Shown one piece after another: positions 9,006-16,786 of a stretch of 21,109 nucleotides of DNA. Position 1 is the first letter of the stretch. Each line of letters starts with the position of its first letter. Origin of the DNA: a virus (taxonomy: Duplodnaviria; Heunggongvirae; Uroviricota; Caudoviricetes); IMG/VR virus record IMGVR_UViG_3300035659_001474, positions 1 to 21,109 of that record. One strand, given 5' to 3'. A model generated the notes under the pieces. The model was not told the origin of the DNA. It saw only the letters and a program-made list of their open reading frames with translations, and searched no databases. The position numbers and the translations under genes were made by a program.

Positions 9006-9019
9006 ACTATCTCCTTTTA

Positions 9020-9106
9020 TGCTGGAGAAGAGACTTGAACTCTTACGAGATGATTAAATCTCACTGGATTTTGAGTCCAGCGTGTATGCCATTCCACCAC
9101 TCCAGC
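9020..9106 (-). tRNA. tRNA-Leu(CAA)
   Basis: CTGGA-CTCAAAA-TCCAG arm, long variable arm. Confidence 0.95.
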
Positions 9107-9231
9107 TCAATGCCTATAACTTTCTTGATCTTTTGCAACAACGTTATCTGGTCTAAACCCATACGTACTTGGATGATACGTGTATACGCATCCACAATGA
9201 ACACGGCTTTTTGTTCTTGAAGTTGTCATAT

Positions 9232-9387
9232 CTACCGACCAACGATAATCAATATACCCGCGATGATTGAAAGAATAGCCATAAGAATCGGCAAACTCGA
9301 AACTCTCAAATGAAGCAACGGAGTAGCACCGGCGAGAATGAGCAAAATGCCAAGCAATAACATACCAAGACTTCCAGTGATTCTCAT
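9232..9387 (-). CDS. Small 2-TM membrane protein (51 aa)
   Basis: AGGAGG SD; MRITGSLGMLLLGILLILAGATPLL...AILSIIAGILIIVGR. Confidence 0.7.
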   Translation of the reverse strand: MRITGSLGMLLLGILLILAGATPLLHLRVSSLPILMAILSIIAGILIIVGR

Positions 9388-9397
9388 TGTCGACCTC

Positions 9398-9904
9398 CTA
9401 TAGTAATTTCAAATGACCAGTTACTTCATCAATCTTCTCCGAAAAATCAGGCCCAATGGCCAAACAAGTAATAGTCTTCACGCCCTTAAACTCTGTCAAC
9501 CCATTATCCTCAATCAAAGCAACAGGCAACTTCAACCGCTCAGCTTTTACCTTAATCTCTAGTAACTCTTGTTCTGAACTCACTTGTAAACAAATTTTAG
9601 TGAATATACCCTCCATCCACTCTTTCATCTGCTGATTAATACTCAACATCGGCTCACCATTTACATACTCAATCCTATCAAAAAATATCTTCATTGAACT
9701 GTGGCAGCCTTGCGCTACCATTTTTCCCTTACGCATGTTCAAATCAGTTCTCATGACAATTACTTGCTTAATCATAGTTGTAACCTCTTCATAAGTAGTA
9801 AATCGATGACCAAGTTCACATATGCGACGACGTCGAATACGGTCATCAGATTTTCTAGAATCAATAACCTTAGACACCTTATGACATTGTGGACAAAGAA
9901 GCAT
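9398..9904 (-). CDS. pth2: Peptidyl-tRNA hydrolase Pth2 with in-frame N-terminal NrdR-like Zn ribbon
   Basis: KQVIVMRTDLNMRKGKMVAQGCHS, KICLQV, IEDNGLTEF, TCLAIGP, VTGHLKLL; N-terminus CPQC..KVIDSR..IRRRRIC..GHRFTTYE. Confidence 0.93.
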   Translation of the reverse strand: MLLCPQCHKVSKVIDSRKSDDRIRRRRICELGHRFTTYEEVTTMIKQVIVMRTDLNMRKGKMVAQGCHSSMKIFFDRIEYVNGEPMLSINQQMKEWMEGIFTKICLQVSSEQELLEIKVKAERLKLPVALIEDNGLTEFKGVKTITCLAIGPDFSEKIDEVTGHLKLL

Positions 9905-10085
9905 TAGATTCTATCATCATAAGGTTTAAGATACGAATGTCTTCATTCTCAGTAATCCACTTAACAATATCATCTTCAGTACATTGAAGTCCAGGATGAG
10001 AATTATCTATTAACCAATTCAAGTCTTCTTCAGTAAGCGTTCCAAACTGCTTCTCAACACCTTTAACTATTGGATTACTTCTCAT
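9879..10085 (-). CDS. Small hypothetical protein
   Basis: 68-aa ORF. Confidence 0.55.
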   Translation of the reverse strand: MRSNPIVKGVEKQFGTLTEEDLNWLIDNSHPGLQCTEDDIVKWITENEDIRILNLMMIESNASLSTMS

Positions 10086-10105
10086 AAATCAGTCTCTATT
10101 AAAAA

Positions 10106-10418
10106 TGCCCAAGGTCGGACTCGAACCGACACGGCCTTGCGACCAAGAGATTTTACATGCTAACTACGCCTTTCGACGCCGGTTTTCACCGTTTGTAGTC
10201 TGGACTTTGTCTTCACCATCGTGAGAATTTCTCACATTAGGTGGATGCCGTTAAGTCTCTACACCTTCTAATACTTTTCAGTACTAGCTTGGCTCGGCGT
10301 TGGGTCGAGTTTAACCTCAGGCCGTTCACCGAATTTGACATCTTACATCTATACCGTTTCCAGTATAGCGACCCTCATTTGCGAAAGTCTCTAGTGTCTG
10401 CCATTCCACCACTCGGGC
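10106..10418 (-). tRNA. tRNA-Leu(UAA) split by an intron (exons 10418-10386 and 10155-10106)
   Basis: Joining the exons gives AGAGA-CTTAAAA-TCTCT, a long variable arm and TTCGAGT T-loop. Confidence 0.92.
10156..10385 (-). ncRNA. Group I self-splicing intron (IC3-like), 230 nt
   Basis: 5' exon ends in U, intron ends in G; GACU/GGUC P1; AAATTCGGTGAA, GTAGAGACT and GAAGACAAAGTCCA core elements. Confidence 0.9.
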
Positions 10419-10444
10419 AATCTGCACAATCTGAAACTTGTAAG

Positions 10445-10518
10445 TGGACTCGCCAGGATTTGAACCTGGGACCATCTCGTTATGAGCGAGTGCCTCTAAC
10501 CAACTGAGATACGAGTCC
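10445..10518 (-). tRNA. tRNA with CAU anticodon (Ile2-like or elongator Met)
   Basis: CTCG-CTCATAA-CGAG arm, TTCAAAT T-loop, acceptor GGACTCG/CGAGTCC. Confidence 0.9.
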
Positions 10519-10557
10519 ATTACCTCCTACTACTACTTCATATTGATCTAATCAATC

Positions 10558-10806
10558 CTATTCTCGATGATCAAACTGTTTATCTACTTTATCTTGCTCA
10601 GCTTCCATCTGCTCATTCAACGTTGCCATTCGTAACTCAATCTCATTGTCATCTAACTGAATCATATCTGCTAAAAACATCAACTCTCGAAACTTATCAA
10701 GATATTTATTACAAACAACAAGCTTTGCAGTAGTATATGCCAATCGTCGTTCTACTTGTTCTTGTGACGTCCAATCCATAAACTCTATGAATCTCTCTCT
10801 ATACAA
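10558..10806 (-). CDS. Hypothetical coiled-coil protein
   Basis: 82-aa ORF; start uncertain. Confidence 0.55.
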   Translation of the reverse strand: MYRERFIEFMDWTSQEQVERRLAYTTAKLVVCNKYLDKFRELMFLADMIQLDDNEIELRMATLNEQMEAEQDKVDKQFDHRE

Positions 10807-11387
10807 AACTTCCCGTCATCATACAAATACATCAAACTTTGAGTACTATTGTCACTCTCTATCTCCGGCTCTGCCTCAAACGCTGCCTGATCACCCACCA
10901 GACCATTAAACTCCCACACTGAAAGAAATCCAACATTAAATACATGCTCCCATTTCTTATTTTGTGCTACAACTGCTTTCACACTCAATGTATCTAAATC
11001 AACAGACTTAACAACTAACACTATATCATGCTGAACAATCTTTTGTCCAGGCACTACATACTTTCTTAACAAACTCTTAATCTTAGCTCTATCTTGAGCC
11101 TGTCGTGCCCTAGCTATTTTCTTTTGTTCCATCATCTCAATAACTGATTCAACTTTGAAATTCGGATTCCACTTGACCTTGTCTACATCTGTTGATATTA
11201 TTGCACCACAACTCTCAAGACTTGATAATGTTGATCGCAATAGTTTCTGTATCTCATTATCTGATTCTTCATTTAGCAAGTATCTATATTGCTTAAATGA
11301 ACCCTCAGTAAAGAATCCAAATACTCGACCAATCTTATATAGAGCTGCTTCTATTGAATCATCAGTCTTCAAAAACTCATTCAACAT
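10785..11387 (-). CDS. Hypothetical protein
   Basis: 200-aa ORF with GAGG SD. Confidence 0.75.
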   Translation of the reverse strand: MLNEFLKTDDSIEAALYKIGRVFGFFTEGSFKQYRYLLNEESDNEIQKLLRSTLSSLESCGAIISTDVDKVKWNPNFKVESVIEMMEQKKIARARQAQDRAKIKSLLRKYVVPGQKIVQHDIVLVVKSVDLDTLSVKAVVAQNKKWEHVFNVGFLSVWEFNGLVGDQAAFEAEPEIESDNSTQSLMYLYDDGKFCIERDS

Positions 11388-11676
11388 TTTTCACCTCTGG
11401 TAATCCAAAATCATGTCTTAAATGACTACAAAGCTCTCCTTCGTTAGTCTCCAAATTCAACCACTGCCCGCATACAGCACAGCCTATAGCATTTGGCTTC
11501 AAGTCATGTTTCTCTATTTGCGAGAAAGCTTCTAAGAGTTGTTTTTCAGTCGGTGTTCGAATCTGCTTATTAATAAGACATACTGATGAATCACGTTCTA
11601 CATTGCATCCTTCAGGTTGCTCAAACCACGTACAATCTGGACACTTTCCATGACCTGTCATTTGTTCGTGAGACAT
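11377..11676 (-). CDS. Cys-rich hypothetical protein
   Basis: 99 aa, CPDC and CAVC motifs, GAGG SD. Confidence 0.7.
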   Translation of the reverse strand: MSHEQMTGHGKCPDCTWFEQPEGCNVERDSSVCLINKQIRTPTEKQLLEAFSQIEKHDLKPNAIGCAVCGQWLNLETNEGELCSHLRHDFGLPEVKNVE

Positions 11677-11855
11677 TTATTGTCCTCTTCTTGCACAATT
11701 TGCGCACGGGCATCATAATAGCGTAATTCAAGACTTGAACTTCTTGCTCGACATTCTTTACATTCAACAGTGCGTGAGACATCATTACATTCAGATGTCT
11801 TAACATTATTGCCACACAATAATGTTTTTGTATCATCTACAAGATGAGTTTTCAT
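11658..11855 (-). CDS. Small Cys-containing hypothetical protein
   Basis: 65 aa, LCG...VECKEC. Confidence 0.6.
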   Translation of the reverse strand: MKTHLVDDTKTLLCGNNVKTSECNDVSRTVECKECRARSSSLELRYYDARAQIVQEEDNKCLTNK

Positions 11856-12001
11856 CTAATTTTCTCAATACGATAGTAAACCCCAGCTTCTTCTATGAGC
11901 TCACCAACGCTTGTAACAAAGTCAAGTCCGCATTTCTGTAATGTTGCTACTAATATTTCGTCTTCTCTTTTTCCTGTGGCTGATGCATAAATTTTCCACA
12001 T
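11852..12001 (-). CDS. Small hypothetical protein (49 aa)
   Basis: GAGG SD; MWKIYASATGKRED...; ATGA overlap with the next gene. Confidence 0.6.
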   Translation of the reverse strand: MWKIYASATGKREDEILVATLQKCGLDFVTSVGELIEEAGVYYRIEKIR

Positions 12002-12013
12002 ATTGTTCCTCAG

Positions 12014-12190
12014 TCAATTTGTATCTTCTTCAACACACTTAGGCAATCGAACTAACTTAGGATAGAATGTCCTATGATGAAGAACATCATTATACTTCAC
12101 GCAAGTGTGCATATTCTTATTGGTAGGAAACGTTTCACGACCATTTTCGGGCGGTGAAATAAAGTCGCAATCTTCTTTACAAAAATGCAT
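12014..12190 (-). CDS. Small Cys-containing hypothetical protein (58 aa)
   Basis: Translated by hand: MHFCKEDCDFISPPE...RLPKCVEEDTN. Confidence 0.5.
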   Translation of the reverse strand: MHFCKEDCDFISPPENGRETFPTNKNMHTCVKYNDVLHHRTFYPKLVRLPKCVEEDTN

Positions 12191-12211
12191 GATTTGTCCA
12201 TTGAACTAAAG

Positions 12212-12302
12212 TGGCGGAGAGTGTAGGATTCGAACCCACGGAGCTATTAATTAACTCATCAAGGTTCAAGCTTGACGCCTTAAACCACTCGGCCAACTCT
12301 CC
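12212..12302 (-). tRNA. tRNA-Ser(UGA)
   Basis: TCAAG-CTTGAAC-CTTGA arm, long variable arm, G73, encoded CCA. Confidence 0.95.
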
Positions 12303-12410
12303 AACGTTCTCGCTTATCATTGCTTAAGACATGATATACTATGAAAGAACCATCTACTCATTTACGACAACTGTTAATTATGTCGTTGATTATGTCGTTG
12401 TTCTTTGTAA

Positions 12411-12497
12411 TAGGAGTAGCAGGAATTGAACCTGCGGTAACCGGAAAGCCGCCCCCGACTTATAAGATCGGTGCTCTAACCTCTGAGCTATACTCCT
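12411..12497 (-). tRNA. tRNA-Ile(UAU) with long variable arm
   Basis: CCGAT-CTTATAA-GTCGG arm followed by a 19-nt extra region. Confidence 0.85.
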
Positions 12498-12526
12498 GTA
12501 TTTTAATCAATATGTAACTTGAAGAA

Positions 12527-12788
12527 TACTCTCGCTCGGACTTGAACCGAGATAGCGTTAGCAAAGTTCCTATTAAGAAACGCGATTCCTGCCGCACATA
12601 AACCCTCTGGGACTGTTACCAGATTCCCAGCAGCGTGTCAGTTCTGCCGCAACCTTGGAACTTCCTTAACTTCGAGCCTAATCTTACGACTAGTAAAGTC
12701 TCATAAAGACTTACTCTAATTAAGTCTAACACTCCTTTTACAGTACCGGTTCGTTTTTACCGGTGCTTTACCGTTAAGCTACGAGAGC
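12527..12788 (-). ncRNA. 262-nt tRNA-like RNA with a large structured insertion
   Basis: Acceptor GCTCTCG/CGAGAGT, canonical D-arm and T-arm; non-canonical 8-nt loop in place of the anticodon loop; about 180 nt extra between this arm and the T-arm. Confidence 0.75.
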
Positions 12789-13640
12789 AATACTAGCGGC
12801 ACTACGAGTCGAACGCCTTAATTTCTTTGTCATTATTTTCTTCTTTGGAATACCTAAATAAGCTAAAAACTTAGTAAATTCAAATTCAACAAATTCAGGA
12901 TCATAACTTCCTAAATCTGCAATAACATATTCTTGATAACCGCACTTTCTAATTTGATCAATTTTAATCTTGTCTCTAGTTTGAACTTGTAAAACAGAAT
13001 GTCTTTTATTACACTATTTATAATGCCACATTCCATTCCATAAAATTGCAATTTTTTGATTTTTAAGAATGATGTCTGCATCCCAACCATTAAACATATT
13101 TACATTATGTAAAACGTCGACAAATTTACTATTGCATAAATTAAAAAACATAATTTCATTCTTACTTCGCTTAACATTAACTGTCGATGACTTTAACCCT
13201 CCAAAATGACCAATGTATGTCGATAAACATTTTCTAGAACAAAACCGTTTTCTATCTTTTCTTAATGCGTCATTAAATCGTAAAAATGATTTATTGCAAA
13301 CATAACAGTGTACTTCTGTTTGAGCACGTTTACATTCATCACATTTAATTTTATTTGCTGCTAATCCAGCCAATGTTAATTTATTGCACGAACAGCAATG
13401 AATAAGTTTTTTCAACTTCTTATTGACTCTAGAATGAGAACACTTTTTACTACAATAAGACACTGTTTGATTTTCATGTCCAACTTTACATGTAACATGA
13501 AATATACTGCCACACTTTTTACATATTTTACTTACAATTACACGTTCTTTTCGTGGCCGCTGTGTATGAGCTGATGAATAATGCGCAGCTAAAGAATGTC
13601 TAGTTTCAAATTCACTATCGCACTTTTTACATTTATACAT
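12774..13640 (-). pseudogene. Putative PD-(D/E)XK homing endonuclease with Zn-finger N-terminus, interrupted by an in-frame TAG at 13014-13016
   Basis: C2H2-like and CxxC..FCS..C motifs; SKNE..GWDADI..IAILWNG.WHY; the frame stays open for 79 more codons (KRHSVLQVQTRDKIKI..GY..YVI.D.G). Confidence 0.75.
12792..12822 (-). pseudogene. Possible tRNA 3'-end remnant (T-loop plus acceptor-like strand)
   Basis: GCG-TTCGACT-CGT followed by AGTGCCGCTA. Confidence 0.35.
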
Positions 13641-13699
13641 GTTTCTATACTATGCAAATTGCGTTTCGCAATTTACACTAAGTTATTCTAGAACATAAA

Positions 13700-13772
13700 T
13701 AGCGGGCGCAGGAGTCTAACCTGCATTCGTCTGGTTATGAGCCAGATCGAGACACACGCCTCGCCACCCGCA
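13700..13772 (-). tRNA. tRNA-Met(CAU), initiator-like
   Basis: U1/U72 mismatch, GCGGGT/GCCCGC stem, TCTGG-CTCATAA-CCAGA; D-loop lacks GG, T-loop TTAGACT. Confidence 0.8.
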
Positions 13773-13790
13773 AACTTGAATTTTACTTAA

Positions 13791-13853
13791 TAGCCGGTGA
13801 GAGACTTGAACTCCCAATGTCCTACATTGAGACTTTCCAGACCACCGGGCCTA
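13791..13853 (-). pseudogene. Degenerate tRNA remnant
   Basis: GGGAG-TTCAAGT-CTCTC T-arm, CAATGT/ACATTG hairpin, CCGGTG/CACCGG stem; no D-arm or anticodon arm. Confidence 0.55.
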
Positions 13854-13855
13854 GC

Positions 13856-14770
13856 CTACCGCAATAAAACTGTTTTCAATTTTGCAATGCATTCATCTAA
13901 ACTATTCTTAATGTCACTAGCAGTAAACCTAATAATTATCCAACCATTATTTCTTGACCATTCATCTCTCTTTTTATCTTTATTCTTAACAGAATCTAAA
14001 GTATGAGTCTTACCATCAATTTCTACATCAATTTTACTATTTACAAATGCGAAATCATATTCATAAATTCCAATTTTATACCTTTGCTGCCATCCACAAA
14101 TGTCATGCTCAATTAATGCTTTTTTAAACAATTCTTCAACATATGAAAGTTTAGAGCTATGATATAATCTATATGGTAGCTTATCAGGATTATCACTAAA
14201 GAACTTTTGCATAGATCTAGAAAGCTTTTGTTTTGACTCACTAGAGTGCGACCAATGTTGTTTATGCACTTTGCAATCTTTTAATGCAATTTTAGCAATT
14301 ACCTTACCATACTTTCTTCTAAGTTCGCGTTTTGTCATGCCTGTGTCATAAAGTTCTCTAATTTGATTCAACAGAGCTTGCTGATGATTATTGATTATTG
14401 TATGACAAGACTTTTGATGTCTAATTAAATTGCCTTTGTTAAAACTTCTATTACATTCACATTTGATTAAGCCACCAAAATAATGGCTTTTGTCAATTAT
14501 TTTTCTTCTAGTACTTATTTTTCTTCTAGTACTTTTATGAGAAAGATATTGACTTTCACTTGAAGATCTTGCTTGCATATTTCTAAGAGCATAATTAATC
14601 ACTTCTCTAGTATAACCTAATCGCTTTATTTCACGTTTAGAGAAGCCATCATTGTACAGATCTATGATTTTGTTAAAATCGTCGTCTGTTACTTTACAAC
14701 GAAAATTGTGTTGACTACAAGTTGATTTGTTGCTAAATGCTCGATTACATTTATCACAAATGTAATTCAT
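13856..14770 (-). CDS. DUF559/Vsr-like putative homing endonuclease with duplicated Zn-finger/HTH modules
   Basis: YEYDFAF..KIDVEIDGKTH...DKKRDEW..NGWIIIRF. Confidence 0.85.
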   Translation of the reverse strand: MNYICDKCNRAFSNKSTCSQHNFRCKVTDDDFNKIIDLYNDGFSKREIKRLGYTREVINYALRNMQARSSSESQYLSHKSTRRKISTRRKIIDKSHYFGGLIKCECNRSFNKGNLIRHQKSCHTIINNHQQALLNQIRELYDTGMTKRELRRKYGKVIAKIALKDCKVHKQHWSHSSESKQKLSRSMQKFFSDNPDKLPYRLYHSSKLSYVEELFKKALIEHDICGWQQRYKIGIYEYDFAFVNSKIDVEIDGKTHTLDSVKNKDKKRDEWSRNNGWIIIRFTASDIKNSLDECIAKLKTVLLR

Positions 14771-14800
14771 TTTTATCCTTGATTATTACTACTCGACCCG

Positions 14801-15103
14801 CTATTTTGATTTCAACTTCTGAAAAAAATTCTTACCCCAATCAGACTCAATCAACAATTCATGAGGAAACAACCTGCTATGAGAATATACAAAATCCCCA
14901 TAATATCCCTTACCATCTTTACCCATGCACCAAACATCAGAAACTTCTCTCAAAACAGGTAATAATACTTCACTCTCGACATCTTTCTTCATCACAAGTT
15001 TAACTCTATGACGAAGCTTACGATTTGCAATCTGCTTATCTTTCTTCTCACTCCTACAACCACTGTGTCCTGCGACTAGATGCTTACGATAAGAACGCGA
15101 CAT
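14801..15103 (-). CDS. Basic 'MSRSYR'-type hypothetical protein, copy 2
   Basis: AAGGAG SD; MSRSYRK..SEKKDKQIANRKLR..REVSDVWCMGKDGK. Confidence 0.8.
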   Translation of the reverse strand: MSRSYRKHLVAGHSGCRSEKKDKQIANRKLRHRVKLVMKKDVESEVLLPVLREVSDVWCMGKDGKGYYGDFVYSHSRLFPHELLIESDWGKNFFQKLKSK

Positions 15104-15125
15104 GTGCAACTCCTTGTTAAGGTAA

Positions 15126-15134
15126 TTACATCAT
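15126..15134 (-). promoter_or_regulatory. Two-codon minigene ATG-ATG-TAA
   Basis: Preceded by AAAGGAGG at 5-nt spacing; ends 22 nt upstream of the MSRSYR start. Confidence 0.7.
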
Positions 15135-15161
15135 GCGTTCCTCCTTTGTTAAATTTGAAAA

Positions 15162-15233
15162 TAGGCGCGGGCGGAGTCGGACCGCCAACCTGCTGGATGT
15201 AAGCCAGCTCATCTGCCATTGATATACACGCCC
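15162..15233 (-). tRNA. tRNA-Val(UAC)
   Basis: GCTGG-CTTACAT-CCAGC arm; T-loop TCCGACT. Confidence 0.9.
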
Positions 15234-15398
15234 TTAAATTTTCACGCCAATCGGTTCTTTATTGTCGATGAGCTTTTGTAATTTGACCGTACTATCTACA
15301 GGAAGACTCAATTTTGCCAGTAATTCTTTAGCTACTTCTCTAGCAGCTAAATCATCAATCTGTTCCATCGGAATCTTAATCATCATCTGGTACTTCAT
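15234..15398 (-). CDS. Small hypothetical protein (54 aa)
   Basis: AAGGAG SD before MKYQMMIKIP. Confidence 0.6.
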   Translation of the reverse strand: MKYQMMIKIPMEQIDDLAAREVAKELLAKLSLPVDSTVKLQKLIDNKEPIGVKI

Positions 15399-16605
15399 TT
15401 GAATCTTCTCCTTTAGCACGCTTAAAACAATTCTTTTCATAAAACTCTAACATATTTTTTCGCATCCACCTATTAATTTTTTGTGGCCGCTTATTAAGTA
15501 TAATTGCAACTTGTTTTACCCAACCAAACTTTGAAAAATTAATGTTTGATTGTAGTATTTTATTAACTTGATTTTGTCTTAGTAACTGTTTACTACTTTC
15601 TATTTCTTGTGACTTACATTGCTTTCTATTAGCTATCTCGTCTAATGCATGTAAACATCGTAATTGGTTATTTGTAAATTCAGACATCAACACATTTCGT
15701 GTTTCTTTGTGTTTTAAGATTTCTGCGATTTGATCAAATTTAGTCTTTGAATCTTTAAATATAGCTTGCCAAGATATTCTAAAAACATCAATATTTTTTG
15801 ACTTTATTAATTGATCTTTTTTATCATCAATAATTTTTCGTCTAATGTATCGATAATGTTGTTTACCGTCAATTTCAATTACTAGCGCTAATTCTGGAAA
15901 ATAAAAATCTGCTCTATAAATTGAAAACGGAAATTCAGTGAAAAACTGTTTATTATGTTCATAACCTTGATTTATTAAGAATTCAAAAAACACTTTTTCA
16001 GCATAAGACTGTCTGTGCCATGTATTTGCTCGTTCTTCTTTATGCAGTTTTTTACATTTTTCAGAAAATCTTTGTTTTGATTCTTCAGACCACTTAAAGG
16101 AGTATTTAGTATGTGCTAATTTACTTGCCTCTGCAGCTGATCGTCTATGTTGTCTCAAAGCATGTTTTATAAGTCCAGTACTAAATCCTTGTAAGACTAT
16201 TTCACTTGGCGACTGTCCAGATTTATATAAACTTCGAACTTTTTCAATGTCAATATCAGTATATTTAAGACAAGTATGTCGTTCGAAATTTCCTTTGTTA
16301 AATGACTTATTGCACTTACTGCAAACTATACGGTTATTACTAAAATTGTTTACTTTCTTTCGTTGTGCTTTAGAATGTGATATTTTTAATGTCTCACTAG
16401 CAGTTCTTTTTAAGTCTTTAACACATCTATTAACTTGATTTCTTGTATATCCCATATTAACTATGTCAACTACAAATTGCCCAGATCTATACAAGTCTCT
16501 AATTTTTTGTCGATCAGGTTTAGAAATGGTGCAATTCTTCTTATGTGATGCGAAACCTCCAAAATTTGAAAAAATCTTATCACAATTTTCGCATTGCAAA
16601 TTCAT
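15376..16605 (-). CDS. DUF559/Vsr-like putative homing endonuclease (409 aa)
   Basis: AAGGAG SD before MNLQCENC (the track start is inside tRNA-Ser); YRADFYFPELALVIEIDGKQH...DDKKD..FRISW; duplicated N-terminal modules; C-terminal HTH-like tail. Confidence 0.85.
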   Translation of the reverse strand: MNLQCENCDKIFSNFGGFASHKKNCTISKPDRQKIRDLYRSGQFVVDIVNMGYTRNQVNRCVKDLKRTASETLKISHSKAQRKKVNNFSNNRIVCSKCNKSFNKGNFERHTCLKYTDIDIEKVRSLYKSGQSPSEIVLQGFSTGLIKHALRQHRRSAAEASKLAHTKYSFKWSEESKQRFSEKCKKLHKEERANTWHRQSYAEKVFFEFLINQGYEHNKQFFTEFPFSIYRADFYFPELALVIEIDGKQHYRYIRRKIIDDKKDQLIKSKNIDVFRISWQAIFKDSKTKFDQIAEILKHKETRNVLMSEFTNNQLRCLHALDEIANRKQCKSQEIESSKQLLRQNQVNKILQSNINFSKFGWVKQVAIILNKRPQKINRWMRKNMLEFYEKNCFKRAKGEDSNEVPDDD

Positions 16606-16630
16606 GATATCTCCTTTTAGAGTATCATGA

Positions 16631-16658
16631 ATTATAAACAAACGTTCAATTCCGACAA
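16631..16658 (-). promoter_or_regulatory. Possible sigma70 promoter for the endonuclease gene
   Basis: TTGTCG-16 nt-TATAAT. Confidence 0.45.
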
Positions 16659-16678
16659 TTAGAGAATCATGGCATTTT

Positions 16679-16765
16679 TGGCGGTGAGTGAGAGACTTGA
16701 ACTCCCATATCCCTTTCGGGACGCTCGAATTCGAATCGAGTGGACTGCCATTATCCGAACTCACC
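16679..16765 (-). tRNA. tRNA-Ser(CGA)
   Basis: CTCGA-TTCGAAT-TCGAG arm, long variable arm, G73, encoded CCA. Confidence 0.92.
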
Positions 16766-16786
16766 GTAATGTTACTCTCAAATAAA

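Noticed and set aside
10250-10262. Intron segment TAGAGACTTAA identical to the spliced exon junction
   Set aside because: Explained by the conserved group I P7 sequence GUAGAGACU; probably coincidental.
12377-12400. Tandem 12-mer ATTATGTCGTTG x2 in the Ser-Ile spacer
   Set aside because: Only two copies with no spacers; not a CRISPR array, likely a local duplication.
12527-12788. tmRNA or RNase P RNA interpretation of the 262-nt element
   Set aside because: No G3.U70 and a true D-stem is present; the short frame GKNEPVL* is in the wrong place for a tag; AAGGAAGTTCC only loosely resembles RNase P CR-I and P4 cannot be built convincingly.
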